Translations under genes and position numbers: made by a program | Notes under the pieces: generated by a model | What the model was told of the DNA's origin: nothing | Seen by the model: only the letters and a program-made list of their open reading frames with translations | The model's database searches: none | Part shown: one piece after another, positions 1-9,300 of the stretch | Layout of the letters: every line of letters starts with the position of its first letter | Numbering within the stretch: position 1 is the first letter of the stretch | Source: Planctomycetota bacterium | Lineage (GTDB): Bacteria > Planctomycetota > SZUA-567 > H5-PLA8 | Reading direction: 5' to 3' | Length of the DNA: 23,093 nt | Assembly: GCA_026692735.1 (NCBI GenBank) | Contig: JAPLOD010000620.1 | Location: 1 to 23,093, forward strand

Positions 1-2
1 GC

Positions 3-1331
3 CGGGGCGACGCCGCGGCACTGCCGGCGGTGCTGGCCGCGGTCGAGGACAAGGACCCTGCGTTGCGGCTGGCGGCGCTGACTGCGCTGGCGGGCGTGGG
101 CGATGCGTCGGCGGTGCCGCTCGTGATCTCGAAAGCCACGACCGGGCAGGGCGCGGAACGCTCCGCAGCCCAGGCGTGCCTCCGGCGCATGGCGGCCAAG
201 GGCGTGGACGAAGCGCTCCTTGCTGCCTTGAAGAACGCGGAACCGGCGACGCGGGCGGAGCTGATTGGCCTGCTGGCGGCTCGCGCCGCGCGCGTGGCTG
301 TGCCGGCTCTGATGGACGCGGCCTCGGACGCCGACGGCAGTGTTCGCACGGCTGCGTTAGGAGCGCTGCGTACGCTGGCGACGGCGGATGATCTGCTCGG
401 GCTGGTCAGGTTGCTGAGCAAGGTCCAGGCGGACGCGGATCGCGCGTCGCTTGAGCCCGTCATCTTGTCCTTCTGCCGTGGCAGCAAGGAGCGCGAGAAA
501 CAGGGCGAGCCGTTGATCGCGGCTCTGCCGGATGCGAGCGTGCCCGCGCGGGCCTCTCTGCTGCGGATGCTGGGACGTTTGGGCGGCGCGAAGGCGTTGG
601 AGGCCGTGCGCGCTGATCTCAAGCACGCCGACGAGACCGTGCGCGACGCCGCGCTCCGCGCCCTGGCGGATTGGCCGGACGGCGCTCCCGCGCCGGACGT
701 GCTGGCCATCGCCGCCAACAAGGACGAAACGCTTCCGCACCACGTGCTGGCGCTGCGCGGTTATGTGCGCATGATCACACTGCCCGGCACGCGCAGCCGC
801 ACGGAGATGGCCGCGCTGCTGCCGGAAGCCGGGAAGGTTGCCCGCCGCGACGAAGAGAAGCAGATAGTTCTGGCCGCCATCGAGAAGACCCAGTGGGCCG
901 CCAACCTCGCGCTAAGCGGTACGGCCAGCAGTCCGGACGGCCTGGAATGCGACGGCGGCGCGACGGGCGACCAGGCCGCCATTGACGGCGACGCGTCCAC
1001 CTACTGGGACGAAGTGGACGACCAGAAGCTCTACATCCTGCAGGTTGACTGGCCGAACCCCGTGACGTTCACCGTCATTCGCATCATGGGCTATGAGCAG
1101 CAGGGCTTCGCCCCCAAAGACTTTGACGTTCTCTGCGACGGCAAGGTGGTGAAGGAGGCGCGCGGGGCCGCCTACACCAACAATCTTCTGCTCTTGGATC
1201 TCCCCAAGACCACGTGCGGGAAACTCCAGTTGAAGATCACCGGCTATTACGGCAAGTCGCCCGCCATCCGCGAGCTTGAGGTTTTCGACGAGGGCAAACT
1301 GCCGCCCCCGCCAGTCATCCCGAAGAAGTAA
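3..1331 (+). CDS. HEAT-repeat protein with C-terminal F5/8 type C (discoidin) domain; 5' end truncated by window
   Basis: ORF is open back to the window start (no stop in frame 3..29), so the GTG at 30 is probably not the true start. The N-terminal 300 aa are repeated helical units ending in GDASAVPxL / VR..A..ALG (PBS-lyase HEAT-like). The C-terminal ~130 aa match discoidin/F5-8C hallmarks (AIDGDASTYWDE..., QVDW..V.F..IRI, P..FDV.CDGK, IRELEVFD). Stop at 1329-1331. Confidence 0.6.
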   Translation, partial: RGDAAALPAVLAAVEDKDPALRLAALTALAGVGDASAVPLVISKATTGQGAERSAAQACLRRMAAKGVDEALLAALKNAEPATRAELIGLLAARAARVAVPALMDAASDADGSVRTAALGALRTLATADDLLGLVRLLSKVQADADRASLEPVILSFCRGSKEREKQGEPLIAALPDASVPARASLLRMLGRLGGAKALEAVRADLKHADETVRDAALRALADWPDGAPAPDVLAIAANKDETLPHHVLALRGYVRMITLPGTRSRTEMAALLPEAGKVARRDEEKQIVLAAIEKTQWAANLALSGTASSPDGLECDGGATGDQAAIDGDASTYWDEVDDQKLYILQVDWPNPVTFTVIRIMGYEQQGFAPKDFDVLCDGKVVKEARGAAYTNNLLLLDLPKTTCGKLQLKITGYYGKSPAIRELEVFDEGKLPPPPVIPKK

Positions 1332-1359
1332 TGGGCACCGGGACATGGGAGGGACTACG

Positions 1360-2760
1360 ATGAACGAGCGCAACCGCAAGACCACCCGCCGCGATTTCCT
1401 CAAAGCCGCAGGCCTGGCTGTGGCGGCCCCGTATGTGATTCCATCCAGCGCGCTGGCCGGCGGCGCCGCCGCGCCGAGCGAACGGATCGCGATCGGACTC
1501 ATCGGCGCGGGCAACATCAACACCAATTTCCATATGAACGTGCTGCTTGGTTGCGCGGATGCCCGCATCGTGGGCGTCGCCGACCCGTTCACCGACCGCC
1601 GCCAGCGCATGCGCGATACTGTCAACAAGCGCTACGGCCAGCAGGTCTGCACGGACCACGCCGATTTCCGCGAGATGCTCGCGCGCCCCGACGTAGACGC
1701 GGTGTGCATCGGCACGCCCGACCATTGGCACGCGCTCCACGCCGTCACTGCCATGAAGGCGGGGAAGGATGTCTACGTCGAGAAGCCGATGACGCACACC
1801 ATCGCGGAAGGGCGCATCCTGGCCGACACCGCCGCGGCGTACGGCCGCGTGCTCCAGGTCGGAATCCAGCAGCGCTCGGACGGCAACTTCCGTTTTGCCT
1901 GCGAACTCGCCCGCAACGGACGCGTCGGCAAACTGCAGGTGGTCAAGGTGGGCGTGGTAGGCATCAACGGCGACGTTCAGGCGGGCAAGAGTTTCCCGAC
2001 GCAACCGGTGCCGGCGGGCTTCGACTACGACATGTGGCAGGGGCCGGCCGCCGTCAGGCCGTATTGCCCCGAACGCGTGCACCGCGGCGACAACAGTTGC
2101 TACTGGTATTACATCTCGGACTACACGATCGGCTTCCTCAGCGGTTGGGGAGTTCATCACGTGGACATCGCTCAGTGGGGCATGGGCATGGACCACACCG
2201 GCCCCGTCGAAGTCCACTGCACCTCCGCCACCATTCCGCCTGACGGCCTGATTGACGACGTGATCTACTGGACGAGCGAATGCACCTACGCCAACGGACT
2301 GAAGATGATCTTCAGCAGCAACAACAATCCGGTGCCGCAGGGGATCCGGTTCGAAGGCGACGAAGGCTGGGTCTGGGTGGACCGCGGCCGCCTTGACGCC
2401 AATCCCAAGAGCCTGCTGAAGTCCGTCATCGGCCCGAGCGAGATTCACCTGTACGAAAGCCCGGAGCATCACCGCAACTGGCTGGACTGCATCCGCTCCC
2501 GAAAGCCGACCGCCGCGACCGCCGAGATCGGCCACCGCGCCACCAGCACCTGTAACCTGGTGGAGGTTGCCGCGCGCCTTGGCCGGACAGTGAAGTGGGA
2601 CCCGGCCAAGGAGCGCTTCATCGGCGACGACCAGGCCAATCGCCTGTTGAGCAAGGCCATGCGCGCCCCGTGGAGCCGTGAGGGCCTATGTCAGTCGGTG
2701 TCGAGACGCGCCGACCGCCGCAAGCAGACGCCGATGACGCCTACTGACATAGGCTCTTAG
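1360..2760 (+). CDS. Gfo/Idh/MocA family oxidoreductase with twin-arginine (Tat) signal peptide
   Basis: ATG at 1360 is preceded by GGGAGGG (1347-1353) at 7 nt spacing. The N-terminus MNERNRKTTRRDFLKAAGLAVAAPYV is a Tat signal. IGLIGAGNI...VADP...GTPDHWHA...VYVEKPM is the Gfo/Idh/MocA Rossmann signature. The ORF-track extension back to 1276 overlaps the upstream gene and lacks an RBS. Confidence 0.8.
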   Translation: MNERNRKTTRRDFLKAAGLAVAAPYVIPSSALAGGAAAPSERIAIGLIGAGNINTNFHMNVLLGCADARIVGVADPFTDRRQRMRDTVNKRYGQQVCTDHADFREMLARPDVDAVCIGTPDHWHALHAVTAMKAGKDVYVEKPMTHTIAEGRILADTAAAYGRVLQVGIQQRSDGNFRFACELARNGRVGKLQVVKVGVVGINGDVQAGKSFPTQPVPAGFDYDMWQGPAAVRPYCPERVHRGDNSCYWYYISDYTIGFLSGWGVHHVDIAQWGMGMDHTGPVEVHCTSATIPPDGLIDDVIYWTSECTYANGLKMIFSSNNNPVPQGIRFEGDEGWVWVDRGRLDANPKSLLKSVIGPSEIHLYESPEHHRNWLDCIRSRKPTAATAEIGHRATSTCNLVEVAARLGRTVKWDPAKERFIGDDQANRLLSKAMRAPWSREGLCQSVSRRADRRKQTPMTPTDIGS

Positions 2761-2773
2761 CTCGCCCCAGCGC

Positions 2774-4531
2774 CTACTGCTGGAAGAAGAGCTCATCCAG
2801 GTCCGGCGCCGTGCCGAAGCTCGTCAGCGCTTCCGAATAGCGGTAGTAGACTTCCAGGCACAGCGCGCCCAGCGCCGTCGTGTACACGCGGCCGGCGGCG
2901 GTGGCCCAGTGATCGCCCTTCGGGTCCCAGCTTCCGGCGTTGTCGCCTTCGCGGCACTGGTTCTCCAGCAGCACGTCGCGGATGCGCTGGTTCCACCAGA
3001 TGCGGTACTCGCCGCCCATGTTGTGCATGGCGTACGTGGCGTAGTACCAGTAGTAGAAGTCCTTGTTGTTCCACGACGGCGGCCTGGCGCGCGTCAGCTC
3101 GGCGCCCTTCACCAGCAGGTGGTTCTTCACGCCCATGCCGTTGAACTGCCGGATCAGCATGCCCGCGGAGGTGAGGGCGGGGTGGCTATTGGATTCGTAC
3201 TGCTGTCCGGGCTGGAACTGGTAGGTGACGACGCCGTTGGAGTCCTTGCTCGCGCCTTGGTCTGTCACGCTGTCCACGTACGAGAGCGCCTGTGAGAACA
3301 CCGCGTGATCGAACTTCAACTGCGCCAGCTTCGCCGTCTTCAGCGCCTGGATGAACCAGGCGGTAACCGACATGTCAGTGTCCTGTGACTTCGGCTTGTA
3401 GCGCCAGCCGCCGTCGGCGCTCACCGATTTCTCGCAGAACAGCACGGCCTTCTGCGCGGCCTGGCCGATGCGTTCATCGCGCGCGCGCCCGTACGCTTCA
3501 CACAGCGCGATGGTGCAGATCGCGTGAGTGTACATCAGGTGCGCGGCGTCCCCCTTGCCGGCGGCGACCGCGCCATCGTCGCGCTGGCTGCGCAGCAGGG
3601 CCTCGACGCCGCGCAGGACGTTGCGGGTGTACTCGCCCTTGCGCGTCGTGTGCCCGCCGCCCATGAAGGCCAGCAGTGCAAGCCCCGTGTCGGCCAGGCT
3701 GGCGCTCTTCTCGCCCTCGAACTTCTCCGCCAGCCACAGGCCGTCGGCCTCCTGATGCGCGGCCAGCCAATGCAGACCGGAATCAACCGACGACTTGGTC
3801 TTCACATCGCCGAACCGCGACATCACCCGGAAGAACTCGCCCGTGCCGTGCAGGTTGATGTTCGCCGGTCCCAGCTTGCCGATGGACGGCGCATCCTGGT
3901 CGCCGAACGCGCGGGGCATGATGCGCAACGCGCGCCCGGGACGCGGCCCGGCGTTGATGAAGTGCGTCGCGGGTTTGTCGCGCGGCGTGGGGTTGTCGTA
4001 CTTGAAGATGTCGGCGGGTGCGCCCGCGCGGGCATCCGCGGCGATCGGGTTGATGGCGTAGGCCACCGTATCGGTGACCTGCGAGATCTCCTGCGGCGCG
4101 TCGTCAATGCTGATCTCCGTCCCTCCGACTTCGATGCGCGGCGTGTCTATGGTGACGTTGGTGCTCTGGATGACCTCCTGCGCTTGCGCGGCCTCGGCCG
4201 CGCCGGGGTTCGTCGTGATGTGGATATCCGGCCGCTCTTCCTGCCGCCAGGCCGTGTCCGCCGCCGCTTCCGGCATGTCCACCGTGTGTTCCTGCACGAT
4301 CTCGCGGACGGGGTCGCGGATCCGGAACTCCTCCACCGCGTGCTCCTGGACGGCGAACTCGAACTCCGCCGGTTTCTTCAGCGGCGATTCAGTCCGCACC
4401 GCCACACGCCACACCGCTGCCGCGGCGCAGACGATGCCGATGATGAGCGCGCCGATGGTGAGCGCGCGCTTGTCGAAGATGGCGTCTTCGGCCCCTTGTG
4501 GCGGCCTGCCGGTGCTGCCTGTCTGCGCCAT
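2774..4531 (-). CDS. Membrane-anchored protein with acidic/Pro-Ala-rich linker and C-terminal prenyltransferase/squalene-cyclase-type (QW-repeat, alpha/alpha-toroid) domain; occupies the TonB position of an exbB-exbD operon
   Basis: 585-aa ORF. N-terminal hydrophobic segment LTIGALIIGIVCAAAAVW (signal anchor). About 200 aa of low-complexity acidic/Pro/Ala linker. C-terminal repeats with Q-x-x-DG-x-W motifs (QEADGLW, QRDDGAV, SADGGWRY) typical of terpene cyclase/prenyltransferase beta-subunit repeats. Lies 46 nt downstream of exbD on the same strand. Confidence 0.7.
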   Translation of the reverse strand: MAQTGSTGRPPQGAEDAIFDKRALTIGALIIGIVCAAAAVWRVAVRTESPLKKPAEFEFAVQEHAVEEFRIRDPVREIVQEHTVDMPEAAADTAWRQEERPDIHITTNPGAAEAAQAQEVIQSTNVTIDTPRIEVGGTEISIDDAPQEISQVTDTVAYAINPIAADARAGAPADIFKYDNPTPRDKPATHFINAGPRPGRALRIMPRAFGDQDAPSIGKLGPANINLHGTGEFFRVMSRFGDVKTKSSVDSGLHWLAAHQEADGLWLAEKFEGEKSASLADTGLALLAFMGGGHTTRKGEYTRNVLRGVEALLRSQRDDGAVAAGKGDAAHLMYTHAICTIALCEAYGRARDERIGQAAQKAVLFCEKSVSADGGWRYKPKSQDTDMSVTAWFIQALKTAKLAQLKFDHAVFSQALSYVDSVTDQGASKDSNGVVTYQFQPGQQYESNSHPALTSAGMLIRQFNGMGVKNHLLVKGAELTRARPPSWNNKDFYYWYYATYAMHNMGGEYRIWWNQRIRDVLLENQCREGDNAGSWDPKGDHWATAAGRVYTTALGALCLEVYYRYSEALTSFGTAPDLDELFFQQ

Positions 4532-4577
4532 AGCCTTCCGCTCCCGTCCGCCTCGTGGAACGAGCTTTCCAGCCCGC

Positions 4578-5012
4578 CTACTGTGCCTCGCGGATCTCGA
4601 CCGTGGCCGAGATCTTGGTGATGCCCGCCTGCGCGCAGCAACCCATCACGGCCGCGATGTGCTCCCATTTCACGTTCCTGTCGCCGCGGATCACGACGGC
4701 CTGGTTGACGTTCCTGACCTGCGCCCGGCTGAGGTTGGCGGTCAGGGCCGGCAGCGTGACCTGCTGGTTCTCCACGTGGTAGTACGCCCGTCCGCCCGGC
4801 AGGTTCCGGACATTGACAACGATCGGGCGCGAAGGCGGCGTCTTCACCTTCAATGCTTTGCCCTGCGTGGGCAGGTCAATCGAGAGGTCCTGCTCCATGG
4901 ACTCAACGAACGATGAGCACACCAGCAGGAAGAGGATGATCGCAAAGATGGCGTCCACGAGCGGCGTCATGTCAATGCGCATCTCCTCCTCGATCTCACG
5001 GTCGAACATCAT
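4578..5012 (-). CDS. exbD: ExbD/TolR family biopolymer transport protein
   Basis: 144 aa. Short N-terminus, then a single TM containing the conserved TPLVDxxFxxLLFLL motif (MTPLVDAIFAIILFLLV), then a periplasmic domain. Start ATGATG overlaps the stop of the upstream exbB (ATGA overlap at 5009-5012). Confidence 0.85.
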   Translation of the reverse strand: MMFDREIEEEMRIDMTPLVDAIFAIILFLLVCSSFVESMEQDLSIDLPTQGKALKVKTPPSRPIVVNVRNLPGGRAYYHVENQQVTLPALTANLSRAQVRNVNQAVVIRGDRNVKWEHIAAVMGCCAQAGITKISATVEIREAQ

Positions 5013-6298
5013 GGGCGCGCCTCCTTCGCCGGGTGTTTCGCCTTGGCGCTCGGCTCGTCCTCGCTGCCGTCCTTCTCCGCGTCCTCGTCTTTCTCTTCGG
5101 ACTCTTCCTTCGTGACAGTCTTCCTGGCCTTGGCAGGACGCTCCTCCGCCTCTTCCTCCTTTTCGCCCGCCTCGGCATCCTCGTCCACGGCGGCCTTCCT
5201 GGCCTTGGTGCGCTGTGGCGGAGGCTTCTCTTCGGCGTCGTTCTTCTGTTCTTCGTCAGCGTCCGGTTTCGGGCTCTTGCCGCTGCGCTTCAGCACGGCA
5301 ATGCGGTGCAGGAACTGCTCGGCGATCGTCTCGCAGTCGCCGATGATGCTCGTCAGCCGCTGGTTGAAGATGAAGTACAGGAACAGCGAGGGGATGGCCA
5401 CGATAAGCGCGGAGGCCGTCGAGAACAGCTTCACGCGGATGCCCGCCGCCAGCGCTGCGGCCTTGGCGGCTCCGGTGGCGCTCGCCACGGCGTCGAAGAC
5501 GATCACCATGCCGACGATGGTGCCGAGCAGGCCCAGCAGCGGCGCCGCGACCGCAATGAGATTCAGGGCCTTCACCGTTATCCTCAGACGCTGAATCTGC
5601 TTCGATGCCGCGATCGAGCAGCGCTCCTTGAGCTCCTCGACCGTCGAGGTGTCGTACCGGTCCGCCAGCGCCCTGGCCACATGCGGCAGCAGTCCCTTTG
5701 CCTGGAGGGCGAGTTCCTCGAACTTCTTCACGTCGCCCTTTTCCAGCGCCCTGCTTGCCGCTTCGACGAACTGCGGCGGACACTGCCGGTTCTTGCGGTA
5801 GATCAGGATGCTGTTGACGGCGAGGATGATGGCGAAGAACCCCAGCAGGGCGATGGGGTGCAGGAACGGCCCGCCCATGACGTACAGGTCCAGCAGCGTC
5901 AGGCGCGCAGCGATCGTCAGCGGCCCGGCGCCCGACACGCGCACGAGCCTTTGGCCCGGCTCGCCCTTCCCCGATGTGCGCTGCACGACAAAAGCCCCGC
6001 CCGAAATGCCTTGCGACTTGATGCTCGAGATCTTGAAGAAGGTCTTCTCGTCACTGCGGTAGACGTCGCCGAGCGCCAGCGTCGCGATGTTGTCGTCAGT
6101 GTTGATCGTGAACTCTTTGTTGTCGCCGGCGCCGGCCTCCTCCATCTCCGTCTTCAGGATTTCGGCCTTGTCCTTGTCGGCGAGGATGGACTCGAGATCG
6201 AGCTTGTCCGGCGGCTTCTCGGCGGGGAATGCTCCGGGCAGCGCGGCCAGCATCAGCAGTGCCGCCGTCCATGCAACCGTTCCAGTCCGTCTGCGCAT
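5009..6298 (-). CDS. exbB: MotA/TolQ/ExbB proton-channel family protein with long N-terminal periplasmic domain and charged KE-rich C-terminal tail
   Basis: Chosen start is the ATG at 6296-6298 (MRRRTGTVAWTAALLMLAALPGAF signal peptide), with GGGAGGA 5 nt upstream. The ORF-track start at 6421 lacks a signal peptide and an RBS. Three TMs carry the ExbB/TolQ signature (...LLGLLGTIVGMV..F...). The C-terminal ~100 aa are a polyampholyte (EEKPPPQRTKARK...EEEAEERPAKARK...). Confidence 0.8.
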   Translation of the reverse strand: MRRRTGTVAWTAALLMLAALPGAFPAEKPPDKLDLESILADKDKAEILKTEMEEAGAGDNKEFTINTDDNIATLALGDVYRSDEKTFFKISSIKSQGISGGAFVVQRTSGKGEPGQRLVRVSGAGPLTIAARLTLLDLYVMGGPFLHPIALLGFFAIILAVNSILIYRKNRQCPPQFVEAASRALEKGDVKKFEELALQAKGLLPHVARALADRYDTSTVEELKERCSIAASKQIQRLRITVKALNLIAVAAPLLGLLGTIVGMVIVFDAVASATGAAKAAALAAGIRVKLFSTASALIVAIPSLFLYFIFNQRLTSIIGDCETIAEQFLHRIAVLKRSGKSPKPDADEEQKNDAEEKPPPQRTKARKAAVDEDAEAGEKEEEAEERPAKARKTVTKEESEEKDEDAEKDGSEDEPSAKAKHPAKEARP

Positions 6299-6329
6299 CA
6301 CTGTTCCTCCCTTACGCTGCGGCCGCCCC

Positions 6330-9300
6330 TCACTGTTTCGCCTTCGCCAGCTCTTTTCGCACTTCCTGCAACAGGCGCTCTGCCTCCGCGACCACTGCGG
6401 CGCGGCCTTTGCGGAACTCACGCGTCACCCGCTCGAGATTCCCGTTTGCCTGGGCCCATTTCTGCAGCGTGACGCAGCACTTGGCCAGCGCCAGACAGGA
6501 GCTCTCGCGCGCGTGGAGCTGCACGCTCTTCTCAAGACAGTTGAAGGCCTCCTGCGTCGCCGGGGGCTTGCGGCTCAGCTCGTACTGCGCGAGCTGGTAC
6601 AGGGCGTCCGCGCGCACGTCCTCGTACGTGTCGCTTGCGGCCAGGCTCTTGAGCCTGCTCACGCCCGCATCCGTCTTGCCCTGGCCCACCTGCGCCATCG
6701 CCGCGTACAGGTCCATGCGCGGGCGGCGCTCCGAGTTTGGCCATTCGGCCACGAAATTCCTGTAGATCAGCTCGAGCTCCGGCCAGTTCTTCGTCTCGCA
6801 GTAGCCGGTCGCGGCATAGACGTAGGCTTCCTCGATGGCCTCGAACTTCGGATGCTCGCGGATCAGGGCGTGGATCAGCTTCACGCCGCCCGCGTGGTCG
6901 TCCCGGTTGTAGGCGCTCTGCCCGGCCATGAAGAGCGCCTTCTCGCGCGACTTGTTCTCGCGCAGCGCCGGATCGTCGAGGAACGGCGAAAGGGTCCTCA
7001 CCACCTTCTCCCATTGCTCCTGCTTCCAGTACAGGAAGCTGAGCGCGTAGCGGATCTCCCCCAGGTCCAGGTCCTTCGGCGGGTCCATCCGCAAGCCGTC
7101 CCAGTTGTGGCTGCTCTGACGCAGCCGTTCGCTCTTCGGCAGAGGGGCGGGGCTGTTGTTCCCATCAACGGCCGGCGGACCGTACTCGTCAAGCAGCGTC
7201 GCGTACGCCTCGATTGCCTCGTCGTAGCACTCCGCCTTGCCGGCATGATAGCCGAGCAGCTTCAGCGCCGAGGGGCGGAACTTGTCATCGCGCAGGCCGC
7301 TGATGCACGGCTTGTACAGCTCAATCATCTTCTGCGTGTCGCCCAGCGCGATGTACTCCCGCCCCAGCGCGTAGCGCGCGACCTGGTACATCTCGTCCGG
7401 CGGCTCGCTGTCGTCGCTCTTGCCCTTCTTCTGCGGCTTGTTGTGCTTGTTGAGGTCAATCGGGTAGCGGTCTATGTACGCCGCGAAGCACCCCGCCGCC
7501 GACTGGTGGTCGCCGCCCTCGCTGAAGAACTGCCCGGCCTTCAGCATGGCGGTCTTCACGTAGTGTTGAACGTCGGCGTACTGGGGCTCACGGCTGACCC
7601 AGGCGTGGAACTGCCGGTTGTGCTTCCTGTCCGTGAGGCCGAGCGAAGGGCTGACCACGTTCCTCCAGAGCGCCTCCGCCGCCGCGCGCTTGGCGTCCTT
7701 GCTCTGGCCTTTTTCGCCCTTCACCGCCTCCATGGCCAGCCAGTACTGCGCTTCGGCCACGTACTTGTCCTGGTGGCTCATGTTCTTCACAAGCCACTCA
7801 TAAGCCTTCACCATGTTCTGCTCGTGGCCCTGGACGTACCAGCAGTGAGCCACGCGCACGGCGGCCTCATAGACCTGCAGGACCTTCGCATCCACGTTCT
7901 GGGGCTTCCACGGGCCACCCGCGACATCGCCGTTGGCGTCCAGCTTCGGACCGTAAATCTGGATGTACTCCCGGTAGGCCTTCGCCGCCGCGGAGTAGTC
8001 TTTCTTCACGAAAGAGAGCTCGGCGATGTAGAAGCGGGCCTCCCGCGCTTCGTCCGACAGTTGCCCTTTCTCCGCGATCAGCTTCTGCAGGATGGCAATG
8101 CTTCTCTCGGTCAGATCGCCGCTGTCGGCCCGCGTGATCATGGCTTTCAGGTAGTCGAGGCTTTTGAGGTCGCTCTTGCCCGGCTTTCTGTCAGGCGGTT
8201 CCTGCGCGGCGGCCAGTTTCCACAGTTGCTCGTAGGTGTCGTAGGATTTCTTCTTGTCACCGGCGCGTTCGGCGAAGATGGCGATGTTCTCGAGAGCGGT
8301 GAGCTTGTACGGGGTGTTGGCGTCAATGGCCAGGGCCTGCTCGAAGGCCTTGACCGCCTCCGCGCAGTCGTCCCGCGTGACTCCGTTGCCATGGCACATG
8401 CCGATCTGCAGGTGGATGTACGACTCAAGACTGCCCTGTGCGAGAATGTCCCGCGGGTACTTCTTCAGGATTCCCTCGTAGTCGGACACGACTGTGGCGA
8501 AGCCCTTGCGCGTCCGGATGGCCTCGCTGAGCTTGCGGTCGGCGAGAAATACCTCGCCTTCGGCGGCGATCACCGTGCCGGCATTGGCGGCGACCTTCTT
8601 GCGGACCTGCTCAAGGTCCTCCTCCGTGTACGTCGCCTCGCGGCTGGTGCCGGCCTCGTCGAGCGCGGCCTGGCATGTTAGGATCCTGCCGGTGATGTTC
8701 AGGCGCGTGCCAAGCTGCCGGAGCTGCATGTAGCTCTCGAGCGCGGGGCCCCATTTCTTCTGCCGGAAGTAGTACTCGCCGATGCGGAAGTAACACTGTT
8801 CCAGGATCTCGCTTTTGCGTTCGCTGTCGCACTCGCGCGCCAGCTTGGCGGCTTCCTCGTAGCGCTCGACGGCCTTCGGCATGTCGCCCAGCTCGCTGAA
8901 GTAGATGTCGGCCGACTGCAGCACGGCCTCGGCCGCCAGCCCGCGCTTCTGGAACTCGGGCGTCTTGCCGATGCGGTCGAAGACTTCGATGGCCTTCGTA
9001 AAATCCTTCCGGTCGCGGGCGCACATCCCCAGGATGTAGCTCCCGGCCATGGCCTCGACTGTCTTGGGGTACCGGGCCTTGAGCTGTTCGCTGACGGAAA
9101 TGGCCTTGTCGAACTTCTGCTGCTTGCGGAACAGGTCGGCGAGCTGGAGCAGGAGCTCGGGCACGCTCTTGTTGTTGGGATACTGCGCCGCCAGATCCTC
9201 GATCGCGGCGATCGCCAGGTCCACCTTCTCGGCCTTCAGCCACAGGAGCGCGAGCTTGTACGCGGCCTGCTCAGCCAGCGGCGAGTCCTTCTTGCGCTTG

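Noticed and set aside
1276-1359. Longer 5' start for the oxidoreductase (ATG at 1276) and for other genes as given by the ORF track (6421 for exbB, 14329 for the TPR protein, 22877 for the transporter, 20961 for HNH)
   Set aside because: The extensions overlap upstream genes or repeat elements and lack an RBS. The extended N-termini precede obvious signal peptides or Tat motifs that mark the true N-terminus.
6087-8681. Long antisense ORFs opposite the real genes (6087..8681, 11825..14158, 10082..11425, 5033..6472, 3524..4621, 1315..2535, 912..1628, 18515..19708 and similar)
   Set aside because: These are typical high-GC shadow ORFs. They have Arg/Ala/Pro/Gly-rich low-complexity translations and no domains, and they lie fully inside well-supported genes on the other strand.
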